NCBI GenBank assembly: GCA_028534125.1
Contig: CM052817.1
Coordinates: 14,820,001 to 14,884,000 of the forward strand
DNA from: Lama glama
Taxonomy: Eukaryota
Length of the DNA: 64,000 nucleotides
Direction of reading: 5' to 3'
Shown here: positions 51,924 through 64,000 of the stretch, one piece after another
Position numbering within the stretch: the stretch's first letter is position 1
Layout: the number at the start of each line of letters is the position of its first letter
The notes under the pieces: generated by a model
Told to the model about the DNA's origin: nothing
The model's input: only the letters and a program-made list of their open reading frames with translations
Databases searched by the model: none
Program-made: the position numbers and the translations under genes

Positions 51924-52600
51924 CTGGAAGACAGTATGGAGATGCCTCAAAAAACTAAAAATAGAACTACCATATGATCTGGCAGTTCTATTCCAAGAAA
52001 AAAAAAAAGGAAAACACTAATTTGAAAAGATCTGTGTTCCCTTATGTTCATTGTAGCACTATTTACAATAGCCAAGATATGGAAGCAACTTATATAAATA
52101 TATGTATATATATATATCTTATATATACAATGGAATATTACTCAGCCATAAAAAGGATGGACTCTTGCCATTTGCAGCAACATGGATGAACCTGGAGAGT
52201 ATTATGCTGAGTGAAATAAGTCAGACAGAGAAAAATAAATACCGTTTGATTTCACTTATACGGGAAAACTAAAAAACAAAATAAATGAACAAGCAAAACA
52301 AAACAGGAACAGACAGATAGATACAGAGAACAAACTGGTGATCACAGAGGGAGTGGAATAGGGGGAGGACAGACAAAATAGGTAAAGGGGTTTAAGAGGT
52401 ATAAACTTCCAGCTGTAAAATAAAAAAGTCAGAGGGATGTAATGTACATTTAAGGAATATAGTCAATAACTATAACAACTTTGTATGATGACAGAAAGTA
52501 ACTAGACTTGTGGTCATTTTGTAATGTATAAAAATATTGAATCACTGTGTTGTATGCCTGAAACTAATATAATATTGTATGTCAATCATAATTCAATACA
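51924..52600 (+). mobile_element. L1MA9-like 3' fragment inside a second, antisense MER103C-like copy (~51895-52800)
   Basis: AAAATAGAACTACCATATGATC, ATGGAATATTACTCAGCCATAAAA, ACCTGGAGAGTATTATGCTGAGTGAAATAAG. Downstream TTAAACAAAGTTAAACAGG...CTTCTCAGAGCC. Confidence 0.85.
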
Positions 52601-53270
52601 AATATGCCATACCTGAAAAAAATTGGGGGGAACTCTGGCTTAAACAAAGTTAAACAGGCTTTTTCATGCCTTCTCAGAGCCTTACTATGATCAGTACTAT
52701 AAAAGTTGCTCTTTAATGGGGTTGTAGTACACAGCTTTTCCCAACTTTTGACCACTAATTTCTAGGCATTTTGGGGACTATGTTGGTTGGAATTCACTAT
52801 GGATAATGAGGAGACATGTGAAAGGTCTTCTGTGACTGCTGCCCAGTATCCATCACGGGGCGGAAGATCATGCTCTCAGGACGGTCAAGGTCTCTGAGAA
52901 TTACAGTTACACTTGGAAGCAGTTTCTCAGCTCCCCATTACTTATAATAGCTGTTTTTATCCAAGAGCTCAGGGCACAAGGACCTAGAGAGATTAGAGCT
53001 AAAAATAACAAGAATACGATTAATATGCATTTGGGAAACAATTGCTCAGGCAAACCTCCACACACAGATAATGGATTCTGTCCAAAGTTTCATTTTCCAA
53101 ACTGAGGAACAATAATATGCATATTAACGCAGGTGAATGTCTAAACAGACTTCTGGTAGCCAATGATTAGATAAAGGAGCTCAGGCATCCTGAATGCAAT
53201 CTGTGTAGTTAAAATTAAGCACCATCACAAAGGGACACATTTAAGTTCAACCATAACAAACTGTTACTTT

Positions 53271-53364
53271 CCTGGTATATTTTCTCCATGCTTTTACTTT
53301 AAATCTATATGTATCTTTATATTTAAAGTGGGTTTCTTATAGACAACACAGAGTTGGGTAGTGT
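53271..53364 (-). mobile_element. Internal L1 ORF2 endonuclease fragment with TSD
   Basis: Minus strand reads PTLCCL*ETHFKYKDTYRFKVKAWRKIYQ. Flanked by ACAAACTGTTACTTT / ACAAATTGTTACTTT. Confidence 0.8.
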
Positions 53365-56269
53365 ACAAATTGTTACTTTGAATTTTTCCTACTCACTTTC
53401 TTAATTCCAACTAACTTTGAAGTTTAAAGGTAATTTTGTTTTCTTCCCAAAATGTTTATTAAATTTGAATTTTAACTTGACTGTTCAGGAGGCTAAGGCA
53501 GTGGACTTATTATTATTATTATTATTATCATCATCATTATTATTTCTTAGAAATAAAATTGAGGAATCTATAAAGAAAGTTAAATTACATAAACTTATGT
53601 TCACATTAATTCACAGTTAAGGAAAAATGGTGGTTCACATGTTACAGCCATCTGTAGATGCAGCAGTTGCTGATAAAATAAAGTACAAGGAGATACTTTA
53701 AATAGAAAGAATTGTGTCTATGATGAAAATATTTCATATTTAAAGAAGAGGAACTTGGTTCCAAAAGACATTTAATGAATAAAAATCTGAACATACAATT
53801 TCAGAGTAGAAAGAAAAGAGTGCTTCTTATAATCACAAATTTAAAAGCAAATGAATAGTAACATTAAAAGAATGAGAAACTGATAATTAAGTATTTACTA
53901 AGATAAGGCTGTTGTACATTGTAAGCATGGGAGTGAGGTAAGAGTTTTAAAGAGAAAGGACGTCTAGTGTTAGAGATGGTTAAAAAAATATTTTTAAAAA
54001 TCTGGTTTTGAGATAGGAACTATCATTTGCTAAGGACCCACCATATATCAGGCATCAGCTAAATATTTCATGTGAAATGTATCACTGAGGTCTGATATCA
54101 ACCCAGAAAAAAAATATTTTCTTCATTTTACTTCAAACCTGAAACATGAGGTAAAGAATACACAGCAGAGTAAAGAGAATTGGCTGTAACACAGTTAGTG
54201 ACTGGCTTTCATCCATTTTGCAATAAAATGATCATAGCATCACCAATGCACAGCTCACCATATTTTTCCTTTTGCCATCAAAGAGTCAATCAGAATGCCG
54301 CATTTGATTCTCTTCATTGACGAATATTCCTTGCCACTAATGTCATTCAAAAGCTTTAATTTCTCATGTCTGAAAAAAATATATACTTCATCCCTTAGAA
54401 TTCCTTTCCTTATGTCCTCAGTAAAGAACTGAATAGATTAAGGCTTTTTTATCATATGAAATAATAATAATTCTTTCCAGTCTTTACTTAATGAAGCCTG
54501 GATAAATGAAGTTGAAAAGCACTTTGTGCATATAATCACTGTCAAGAATGCTACCTCCTGGGGACATCAATCCATACCTGGTGGATGAAATGATCCAGGT
54601 CTGGTAGTTTCCTGCTGCAATGGTTGTGGGCAGGTGGGGAAGAGAAAACATTTTGTTTTCTTTTACTAATTCTTAAAGAAACAAAAAATTAAAAAATTAG
54701 AAAGGGAAATTAACCCAAGTACAAAAAGCAGAAACTTTTTTATGCAATTGTGTTTCGTATAGTATCTCTCAATATCATTGTAATTTGAGGGGGACTTTTT
54801 TCCCATAGAACAAGAATCAAAAACTTGTGTGTGCCCACAAACACACATAGACATGAAATTAAGTACACAAAATAATTAAAATGTAATTTTAGATGCCCTT
54901 TGTTTAAAGCTCACATTTTATATTCATGTTTATGCAGGTGAGGTTTAAAAACCCCAAAAGACATTCAATTCAGAATTATGATTTCCCCAGAAATTACAGC
55001 ATAATTCCCCATCTCACATTTATTCATATTTTTTATAAAACATATGACCATTTTCAAAACCCCTGGGTACCATAACATATTTAAAAATACCAGCACAATT
55101 GCCAGGCTGAAAAAGAGTACTAACTAGGCATTTTCCCCATGGAAAACCATTTCACACACCTACCCAGAAATATATAGGAAGCCAAGAATCTAATATTGTA
55201 AATATGGGAGGGAGTGAGTTATCATTTATTTGGGAGTCGTAACTTTGGATTTTAGACTCCTACCTTTTTAATATTTCAAACTTGGCATCTCATTTATGTA
55301 ATTTTGGGGTGGATGTTGAATATATATGCTTTGACAATAAACTGACTCACCTTCATTTCCTTGAAACCCACACAGAAGTGTGTAGCAACAAGTGTTACAC
55401 TTTCTGCATACAAATGAAGCATTACTAAACAATTCCAACTGTGTTTTAAAAAATCAGCACAGTCCAATGTTTCCCTCATTCTCCGAGTCTGGGGAACATA
55501 AATAATCATTTTAATTCTTTGGTAGACACTGAATTACGTAGTAAATTATATTAAGATTAGGAAAATTCCATTTTTTAAAACTCCCATATTCCTTTTACAG
55601 GAAGAATCTGAGATATGAATTAACTTGGAATGATTATTTAAAGTTTTGACTAAAATTAACTGTAGCACTTAAAATAATTCTTACTATTTTAAGGAAAAAG
55701 CTCTTGAGGCTGTTTGCAAAAAAAAAAAGGTTATACTGAAGAAGAGAAAGGCAGAGAGGATGAGAGAGATAATAGGATATACGAGGGTTGAATAACTAAA
55801 TGAAAATATACAGATCTGCCAGAGCCCAATGCAGTCAGAATAATGTTAATCAAATCTTACTGACTCTTAATGGGAATAATGAGAAAACATTCTTAGCCTG
55901 CTTGATCATGTTGGCATTTTTAATTAAACTTTCTTGGATCCCAGAGAAAACAATAGTTTTTTTGGGTTGGAACTCTTTTTGTTTAAATGTTACCAAAAAT
56001 ACATTTGAAGGCAGTAACCAAGTAGTATAATTGGGGTCTTTGTGTGTTGGAACAAGGCAGGACATGATGCCACTGATTCAGAACAACTTTGGTTTTTTTT
56101 TTTAAGTTGTCTATAAATCTGCAACTATAAGAAACGCGGACAATGAAATGTGGATTTAATTAGAACAAACTTCCCACATTTTCAGAGATAATGTTATGGT
56201 TATTCTTCTATAGCATGTACCTAATAGAGCAGTTCTGGTCTAGTGGAATAAAGATTTTCAATAAATAAA

Positions 56270-56770
56270 TAGCTGACAATTTAATATACTGGGATAGCAT
56301 ACCCTGGGCCAAAGTCACCATTCTAAGTGCTTTAGAAATATTAACTCATTTAATCTTCATAACTACCCTATAATATGGGTACCAATTTTATTCCCATTTT
56401 AATGATGAGGACACGGAGGCACAGAAAGGTAAATTGCTTTGTCACAGATTGTATAGGGAACTAGCTGCAGAGCTGTAATTTAAATGAGGTGCTCTGATTT
56501 CAGCGTCTGTGGGCTCAACCCTTACACTGCACCTCCAACACTTTTCTAGATGCCTTTTGCAGGCTCAGCCCTGTGATTCGGTGCTACACGTATCTCATCT
56601 CCTTTCGCCCTCAGAGCGATTTCGCAAAGTAAGCACTGTTATCTTCATTTTATAGATGGGGAAAATGAGGCCCAAGGAAATCAGGTGACTGATCAAGTTT
56701 AAATCACTAAGAGGAAGGCTATAAACTCATTTCTATCTGATTCTGAAGTATGTAATTTTCTCCAGCCTTT
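56270..56770 (-). mobile_element. Two tandem MIR SINEs
   Basis: TTAACTCATTTAATCTTCATAACTACCCT...CCCATTTTAATGATGAGG; CATTTTATAGATGGGGAAAATGAGGCCCAAG. Confidence 0.8.
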
Positions 56771-56874
56771 TCTGATGTTCTGAAGTGGTATTTAAAAATT
56801 CAGACATTTATTACTACCTTGACTATTTAATTTTTTAATAAAATTAAACACCAAACATGTACTGAACATCTGTT

Positions 56875-57428
56875 AGAGACATATCTGGGTTTTATGGGGT
56901 CAGAACCTTATGTGATTTTGGAGATCTTTAGGATAAAGAACATAAATTCATACATGTAAAATTACGTATATAAGTAGCTACTCATTATGAATGAGAAAAA
57001 AAAACCCACAGCAAATTATTACGCCATCATTTCTTCATGCGGTCTCATTCTGACCTTCGTATTAATCAGACCAGATGAGTTTACACTTTCACTGGAAGGT
57101 TAGTGACAGCTTAATTGTAAATGGAAATGACTGCAAATCACATAACCATATCCCACTGAACACAAACTAAAAGGATCCCAAGTCAGCTTTCCCTTAGCTA
57201 GATTTTTAAAAATGCCCATAGCCATTTCAACATCACCTTAACACAAGTGTATGTGCAGTGGGAGGAGTCAAACTGGAGAGATACTGGCAGCACTTTTGCA
57301 AATTTCACAAAAGCACGTGACTTTGAGAACATTTTGCTAGGGCCTCTTCTAGGGCTTTGGAACGGATATGTGCAAGTGAGAACTTCTGAAGCAGGCTTCC
57401 TTAGCTTCTCAGTAAATCCAGCATCTTC
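56875..57428 (-). mobile_element. Arthur1 (MER69)-like hAT-Tip100 element, internally deleted
   Basis: ATCTGGGTTTTATGGGGTCAGAACCTTAT at the left. TTGCTAGGGCC...GTGCAAGTGAG...CTGAAGC...TTAGCTTCTCAGTAAATCCA at the right. Confidence 0.7.
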
Positions 57429-58729
57429 TGGCCCTGACTGTTCTGGGCAATGTTCTGTCTTTCAAGAAGTGGGGAACTTGCCAGCCTAAAACCATTATTA
57501 CTGAGCCAGCAGCACAGATGTGTGGACACAGTGGGTAGGGAGGGACATAGCAAGAGAGAGAAAATTGTTCCTTATTCTCAGTCAGATTATCCAGTTCTGG
57601 AAAATTGGATAAAATTCATAATGATTAACACTTAAATTAATTGAGAAAATAAATCTTTGGATTGTATTTTTCCCTCTGTTTACAAAGAGCATTGGTAGGT
57701 AGTAACCCTGCCTAATAATTTGATCTAGACCAAGACAGAAGAAATTAAGTTTCCAAGCTTCTCTTGAAGCTTTCTGGAATGAAGACTGTTGAGCATGAGT
57801 AGCAAGAAAGTCATCGAAAAGGTCCCAGTTTCTTCTGCACTGCATGGAAAAACCCTGTATTTGGGTCAGGGAAGGAAGAGGAGGGGTTGGGAACAGAAAT
57901 TCTCTGAGTAGTGATGGAAAATGCTTTTGCCTCTGTGGGCTGGGAAGGCTGTGAAGTGTCACTGCTCTGTAAGTAATTCTTTTCCTTTATGTATAATGAT
58001 TTGTTTACCTGCTTTACGGAATACAGAAAGCCATTAAATGGGAAAAAAAAGAGTCCCCTTTCCCCCCAGCCTCGTTTCCTTCTTCCCTCAGCATGGCTTT
58101 GCATTGGACAAGAGTTCCCCAACGGAGACAAGAAGGCCATAGGAAGAACCCAGGGGTGTTGTCGCCTCTCTGATCTAGAGACAGCAAAGAGAGTAAGACC
58201 TATCCTGTTAAAGCAAACACCAGATTGTTCCACCAAGTGATTCTCTCAATAGAGAGCAGGTCTCTGGGTTCTAGGCAAATGGGAGCATTTATCATTTCTC
58301 TCCTTCCATGTACAGAGCCCCGGGCAGGAGTCAAAGTGGAGGCTCGAGTACCATTGTCTATTTATTTGAAAGATATAAATCAAATAACAAATCATTAAAT
58401 AAAATACGTAGTATTTCCTATCTTGGAAAAATGTGCCTTCATGATGACAAAAAGGAAAAATATGTGAAAACCTGTGACTTTCAGATGAATGGAAGTTGAC
58501 AAAATATATTAAAGATGACGGATTTTATTATTTTTGCAAATGGCTGGGTATTCTGTTGATGGATCAAATATTTAAGAATAAATAATAGAGACATCTGTAA
58601 TTTGTAAACCTTACATTTATTTTAAAGAGTGTATTTTTTATTGTCTGCACTTCATTAAAATCACTAATTATATTGTTGTAATCAAAATTAAACATAACTT
58701 GTGTTCTCTTGACAGTAATGGTCTAAAGT

Positions 58730-58908
58730 GACTTTCTCTTACTTCTCTAACTTCAATCATATAACAAACCAGCTACTTCTTTTGTTGGCTTCCCTGTTTA
58801 AATGAAAAAACTTTTTTCCTCCTGTTAATCTGTCTGTTGTCAGTTTAATTTGCATCCCTCATGAGCTAAGCCTAAAAGGGTAGAGGAAGAATTTTCCTCC
58901 CAGATACA
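58730..58908 (+). mobile_element. LTR39-like ERV1 LTR 3' fragment
   Basis: CTCCTGTTAATCTGTCTGTTGTCAGTTTAATTTGCA...GGGTAGAGGAAGAATTTTCCTCCC. Reverse-complement homolog of 38025-38120. Confidence 0.7.
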
Positions 58909-59029
58909 CGCATTGCACCTTGTCAGTGCTGAGCACCAGTTCCCGAATCACGGAGGCACTCATTGTTTTAAATGAAGTAAAATCTGGGTTTGGGTCATAT
59001 TTTTCTTACAGTTAAAATTTTTTCATCCA

Positions 59030-60175
59030 AAGCTAATTTTTATTGTGCGCAATTTAGTATAGTAAAATTTAAGACTTAGGTGTAAAATTAGATGACTTTT
59101 GACAAATGTATACTCTTATTTAACCACCATCTCATCCAAGATACTGAACATGCCATCACCACAGAATGTCTTTGCTAGTCAGTCCTTACAAAAACCAAAG
59201 GCAACCATTGTTCGATTTCTATTTCTGTTGATTCATTTTGTCTGTTTTAGTGCTTCATATAAATGAAATCATATGATGTGTACTATTTTCTGTCTGACTG
59301 TTTTGCTCAGTGTAATGTTTTTGAGGTTAGACTATTTTGTGCAGTTTGTAGTTGTTTTTACGGCTGAAAAAATATTTAAACTATATTGATTGTATTTGTT
59401 TAACCTTTGTCTTACTGGTGGCCATTTGGTTGTTTCCAGCTTGGGGCCACTATGGAGAAAGCTGCTAGCAACATCCTTATATAATTTGTTGTATGGACAC
59501 GTGTTTTCCTTTTCCTATGGTAAATACCAAGGAATGGAATTATCTGGTCATAAGGAGTATGTTTAACTTTATAAGAAGCTTCCAGAGAGTTTCCCAAAGT
59601 GATACTTTGTATGAGAGTTCCAGCTACACCTCATCTTTGTCAACACTTGGGGTTTCCATCTGTTTTATTTTGGCCACCCCACCCTGCTGGGCGTGAGAGA
59701 GTATTTTGTTTTGGTTCTAATGTTCATTGTCTTGATGATAAATGACATTGAGCACCTTATCGTTTGCTAATTTGCCATTTGTAGATCTCCTTTTGTGACT
59801 GTGTTTGTTTGGTTCAGGTCTTTTGCCCACTTAAAAACAACTGTCTTTTATTCAATAATGATCTGTGAGAATTCTTCACACACTTTCGTGTGCAAGTCCT
59901 TTGTCTGAAGCAGGTATTGTGCGTATTTTCTCCCAGTCTCTGGCTTTTTCGTTTTCCTTAATTTTTAAATTTATTTTTGGCTGATTTTTGTTTTGGGGGT
60001 TTTCTCGTGGGGGAGGTAATTAGGTTTATTTATTTATTATTTGTAATGGTGGTACTGGAAATTGAACCCAGGACCTTGTGCATGCTAAGCATGTGCTCTG
60101 CCGCTGAGCTATATCCTCCCCCTTTTCATTTTCTTAATGACATCTGGTAACAAAGAGAACGTTTACAGTCTGTGG
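59030..60175 (-). mobile_element. L1MB/MC-like fragment split by a SINE
   Basis: TTTGACAAATGTATAC...AACCACCA. ORF2-like peptide PYDQIIPFLGIY...WKQP (59412-59597). Confidence 0.82.
59962..60122 (-). mobile_element. tRNA-Ala-derived SINE (Vic-1-like)
   Basis: GGGGAGGTAATTAGG...TTGAACCCAGGACC...GAGCTATATCCTCCCCC. Near-TSD TTTTCGTTTTCCTTAA / TTTTCATTTTCTTAA. Confidence 0.9.
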
Positions 60176-60186
60176 ACCCACATGTT

Positions 60187-60366
60187 TTTTTATTATGCTT
60201 ATTTTATTTTTATTGAAGTGGAGTCAATTTACAATGTTAGTTTCAGGTGTCCAGCAAAGCGATTCAGTTATATTTATTATATTTGTATAATATATATATA
60301 TTCAGTTTCTTTTCTATTACGGCTCATTGCAAGAAATTGAATATAGTTCCCTGTGCTACACAGTAC
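60187..60366 (-). mobile_element. Short 5'-truncated cetartiodactyl-type L1 3' end
   Basis: TTTATTGAAGTGGAGTCAATTTACAATG...TTCCCTGTGCTACACAGTA. TSD GACCCACATGTT (60175-60186) / GACCCACGTGTT (60367-60378). Confidence 0.85.
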
Positions 60367-61894
60367 GACCCACGTGTTCCCTTAGACACTGTTGTGAGGG
60401 TGAGTTTATTCTCTGAGAGGCCCTTGAAAGTAGCAGGTCTGCTTGGAGATTCCTTTCACCCAGGTCTCAGCCTCTGCGGGCTCCTTGTTTATTGACAGTT
60501 CTCAGAGGACATTCATCACACTGTTGGAGCTTCTCTAAACCCTGTTCTTGCTGATAATGTGCTTTCCATGCTAATAAAGGGCTATGAATTATTTGATTTG
60601 CCAGAGTATGGCTGGGAAGAAGGAAGGGTCTTTCTTGCTGTGGTGGCTCCTCATGGATAACCCGCCTGTGGGGGAGTGAGGCTATTTCAGCACCCACACC
60701 TGGAGTATCGTTTCTTTACGAAGACCTGCAGTATGTTTGGCGGCCCCACACCTGAGTCCTTTTAATAAATAATTTCTTCATTTCCTCTGGAGCTGTTCTT
60801 CCAGAGGCTCAGGTGTGAGTAACTTGAGGGAGACCTTGTCCTGTTCTCTCCAGCACCTTTTATTCTGAGCACATGAGCCAAATCCTCCAGCGTGTTCTTT
60901 TTTAGTCAAAAAAAAATTTCATGTCAACCACTTCCTGGAGACACTGGCCACAGGTCCTTTGGAGAATCCTAGGTATATCTGAGATCCAAAGCTGGGGCCT
61001 CTCTTATATCTGAGGTCAGAAGGTCTGAGTTGTGAAAATAAAGAGAAAAGGATTAAAACAATAAGAAAAACAACAAATCCTGGAACCATTCTACCACTTG
61101 CTTTCACATATAATCTCACCGGATTTTTCTACATTTCTATACACGTCCTTGGTTCTCTTCCCTTAATATATTTGAACAGTTTTCCTCCCGTTCTAAAAAC
61201 TCCTCCGTCTTCTCTTTACTGGGCTATGCCAAACAAGTGTCTTTGGTTTTTATTTTACTTTATGTAACATTGACATCAATGTTGAGACATAGTCATATGG
61301 CTTATGAGAAATGGCTTTTTCTTTTCTTGGACTTCATCCTACTGCCCTGTAATTGGCTCTTTACTTCTCTAGCAGCTCTGAGAAATCACTTGAGTCCAGG
61401 TCCTGAGTTAATTGCATGAATAACCTTCATATCTAGCACCTTGCCATGACAGAGTCAAGGCCCTGAATTAAGCATCCACTGCGGCCACGGCACCCGTCTC
61501 TAAATGGGCAGCAGGAAAATACAGGTCCACACCATTTGCTGTCTCCCGCCTGGCTCTCGCATGTACCCATCCATTGAAACCCGTAACCAGGATTCTTCTG
61601 CGGCTTTAGAAGGACTCTTCTTCCATCTCCCAGCATGCCTGAGAGTCTCTATATCATTTTCATTCCTTAGGGATTTAGAGCACTGTTATTTTGGAGTGGA
61701 CATTTAGCAGTCAAAGAAGATGTCAGGGCTGGTTCATGTTATAATTGACCATCGAGACTAGGAGGGGACAACTGATATTAATCAAGCCCCTAATAGAGGC
61801 AGCCGCTGTCCAGGAGTTTTACGTGACTTTAGTTTCATTCACGGTAACGCTGATAGGACATTAAGTTTTGATGAGGAGAAAAAGTGAAGGAACA

Positions 61895-62150
61895 CTGGTA
61901 ATACAAGTAATGATTAAAAGTGTGCACTCTGGAGTCGGAAGATCAAGGTTGAAATATTTATCCCACAACATAGAAGCTTCCTGATCATCAGCAAACTGCT
62001 TAAAAACACTAAGATTCAGTTTTCTCATCTATAAAATGGGGCTGATAATAGATGAATATCACAGGGTGGTTAGGTGATATGTGACTGATTTAAGGCTAAA
62101 GGGCCCTAAGAATAGTGCCGGACACATAATAAATGTTGTTATCATTGATC
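61895..62150 (+). mobile_element. MIR SINE
   Basis: CTCTGGAGTC...TCAGTTTTCTCATCTATAAAATGGGGCTGATAATAG...AGAATAGTGCCGGACACATAA. Confidence 0.75.
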
Positions 62151-62266
62151 TGGAGGCCAAGACGTTTGGGGCGTGAAAGCCCTAGATTAGCTGAGGGGAG
62201 GGCTGGAAAGTGGAGGGATGAGTTAGCAACATAAAACTCTCCCGAATCACTTTAGAACAGCGTGCG

Positions 62267-62268
62267 CG

Positions 62269-62313
<45 letters not shown>
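62267..62313 (+). repeat. (TG)n microsatellite
   Basis: About 20 TG units, directly visible. Confidence 0.97.
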
Positions 62314-62315
<2 letters not shown>

Positions 62316-64000
62316 CGGAGGGAGCAGAGAGGAAAGACGGTGATCTAAAGTTTGGAGAAGAAGGGATACAGTAAAGAAAGTCACTTATCTCCATCCTATT
62401 ATGTCTGGTGCTTGGAGCCCTAATCCCTTCCTTGGATTTTCTTAGGCACAGATTTAGAAATTAACAAGCAGGACGGATTGCTGACACTCATCTTCCTGCT
62501 ACACTTTTGCGAGAATTCCAACACGCTGTGGCCCTGCCAGTCTGCATGTGCCTCCCCCACCCTCATGCTGACTTGGGTGGTGCTGTGCTGAGAATTCCAA
62601 TGTATTGGATTGGGGCCACAAAACCCCTGATGAAACACTGACATGTTCTGAAAAACCTACCTATTTTTGCCAGGATACTGTGGCCTCTCTTGGGTGAACA
62701 AGAAGCAGTCTTGCTTTTTGCTTCTCTTGACTGCATCTTAGCCCTGATCACAGGCAGGGATGTAGTTCCTCTGTAGCCTCAACTTCCAGTTGTCAGAGCA
62801 GGAGCGGCATTGTGGGCATTTTGTGATACAGAGCAGAATGATAACCCTTTGACAGGAGAGTAAGGGGAAAAGAAGTCTCATATCACAAACCCAAAGAGGC
62901 AAAGGTAAAACTTGGCTGGGCAACGTAAATGGCATGTTGTCGCTCATCTAAGCATCTTAGATATTTGGGGAAAAATGAACACACGCATACAAGCTCCAGC
63001 ATGCATAAAAGGAGATTCCATTCTTCATCAGCAGTGTTTTCTAGCTTTAATCTCTCATTTCACCCCAGATTCCTTTATTCTCATAGCTCCACTTTCCAGG
63101 AACTAATTAATATTTTTTTTCTGATAAATGTTCCTTTTTAAGAGTAATCTATCTTTGATGTTTAAGCCCAACATTCTTCTAACTCCTAAAAGAATAGAAG
63201 CTGCATAAAAGTAAAGCACTGGGAGAAAAAGACAATGTGTTACCCTCCCCTGGATCCTGAAATGTCATCCCCAGCTAGTTGGATTTAAACACTTCTAATT
63301 TTTTCTCATTTATTCATGACTGTCCCTCACCAAGTTAGTCGGAATTTTAATGTATGTCCATATAGGGTAAAACAGAAAGGACACGATTTGGAATCCACAT
63401 TCATACATGGTTTTGCCTAGAGAATGATGCACGTTTAGCTATGCTCGGTGTTTTCCAAGAAAATTTAAATAGAGCTACAAAAAGAGACCTGAGAGGACAC
63501 AGAATAGATTTTTGTCTCGTGCTAATTAAAATTAGAGCACGTTGCAGGGCAAACAGTGAGATATGATACATGTAGAATTTAAAATAACTTGTGGTTTTGT
63601 TAATTTGGGGAGACGGAGCTTGGTAGCATCCAATTTCAGCCTCTAATTCAGGAAAGAACTGTTAAAATAACCCCCAAATTAATTGCGAGATTTTCTGTCC
63701 TTTTCCTTTTGAAGGAGCATGCATTGCTTGGTTTGGCTTTCCTTACAAAGCGTACCCTGGTGGCTGTTATACTAGCCTGTATATTGACGCTGCTGGGCAA
63801 GATGCATAACTTAGTTCTGTTTTCATTATATGCATTTTAGTGGGTTTCATCGTTAGAGATAATAGTACCTCTACCTAATCCACTGTGGTGTAGATGACAG
63901 GACAGGGCGGCATTCATTATTTCATTTAATGATGTAGTGCAGGAGTTGTATCATAACTACTTGGTAAAAACCTATGCTCTGACTTGCTTTTCATTGATAT

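Noticed and set aside
1..64000. Prokaryote-type systems (operons, CRISPR, defence loci) or a novel multi-gene system
   Set aside because: The DNA is eutherian and repeat-rich. All ORFs are under 175 aa, and those I can recognise are transposon-derived.

Overview
Gene-poor, AT-rich mammalian genomic DNA (intergenic or deep intronic). It is most likely from a camelid: five tRNA-Ala-headed SINEs resemble the camelid Vic-1 family, and cetartiodactyl-type L1 and ERV1 LTRs are present. I can support no intact protein-coding gene, RNA gene or CRISPR array. The only recognisable protein-like sequence is decayed transposon coding DNA (L1 ORF2, L2 reverse transcriptase, a hAT transposase C-terminus). 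Much of the window is a layered fossil record of transposable elements: L1, L2, MIR, MaLR/MLT1, MLT2, ERV1 solo LTRs, and Tigger, hAT and Tc2 DNA transposons, many nested and several with readable target-site duplications (TSDs). I did not find a convincing new biological system. The best leads are an L1 3' transduction, a tail-less internal L1 endonuclease fragment with a TSD, an apparent L1-associated target deletion, two splice-signal-defined small exon candidates, and several repeat-free motif-dense candidate enhancers. Family names come from my recall of consensus sequences, not from an alignment. Boundaries without a TSD or terminal inverted repeat (TIR) are approximate.
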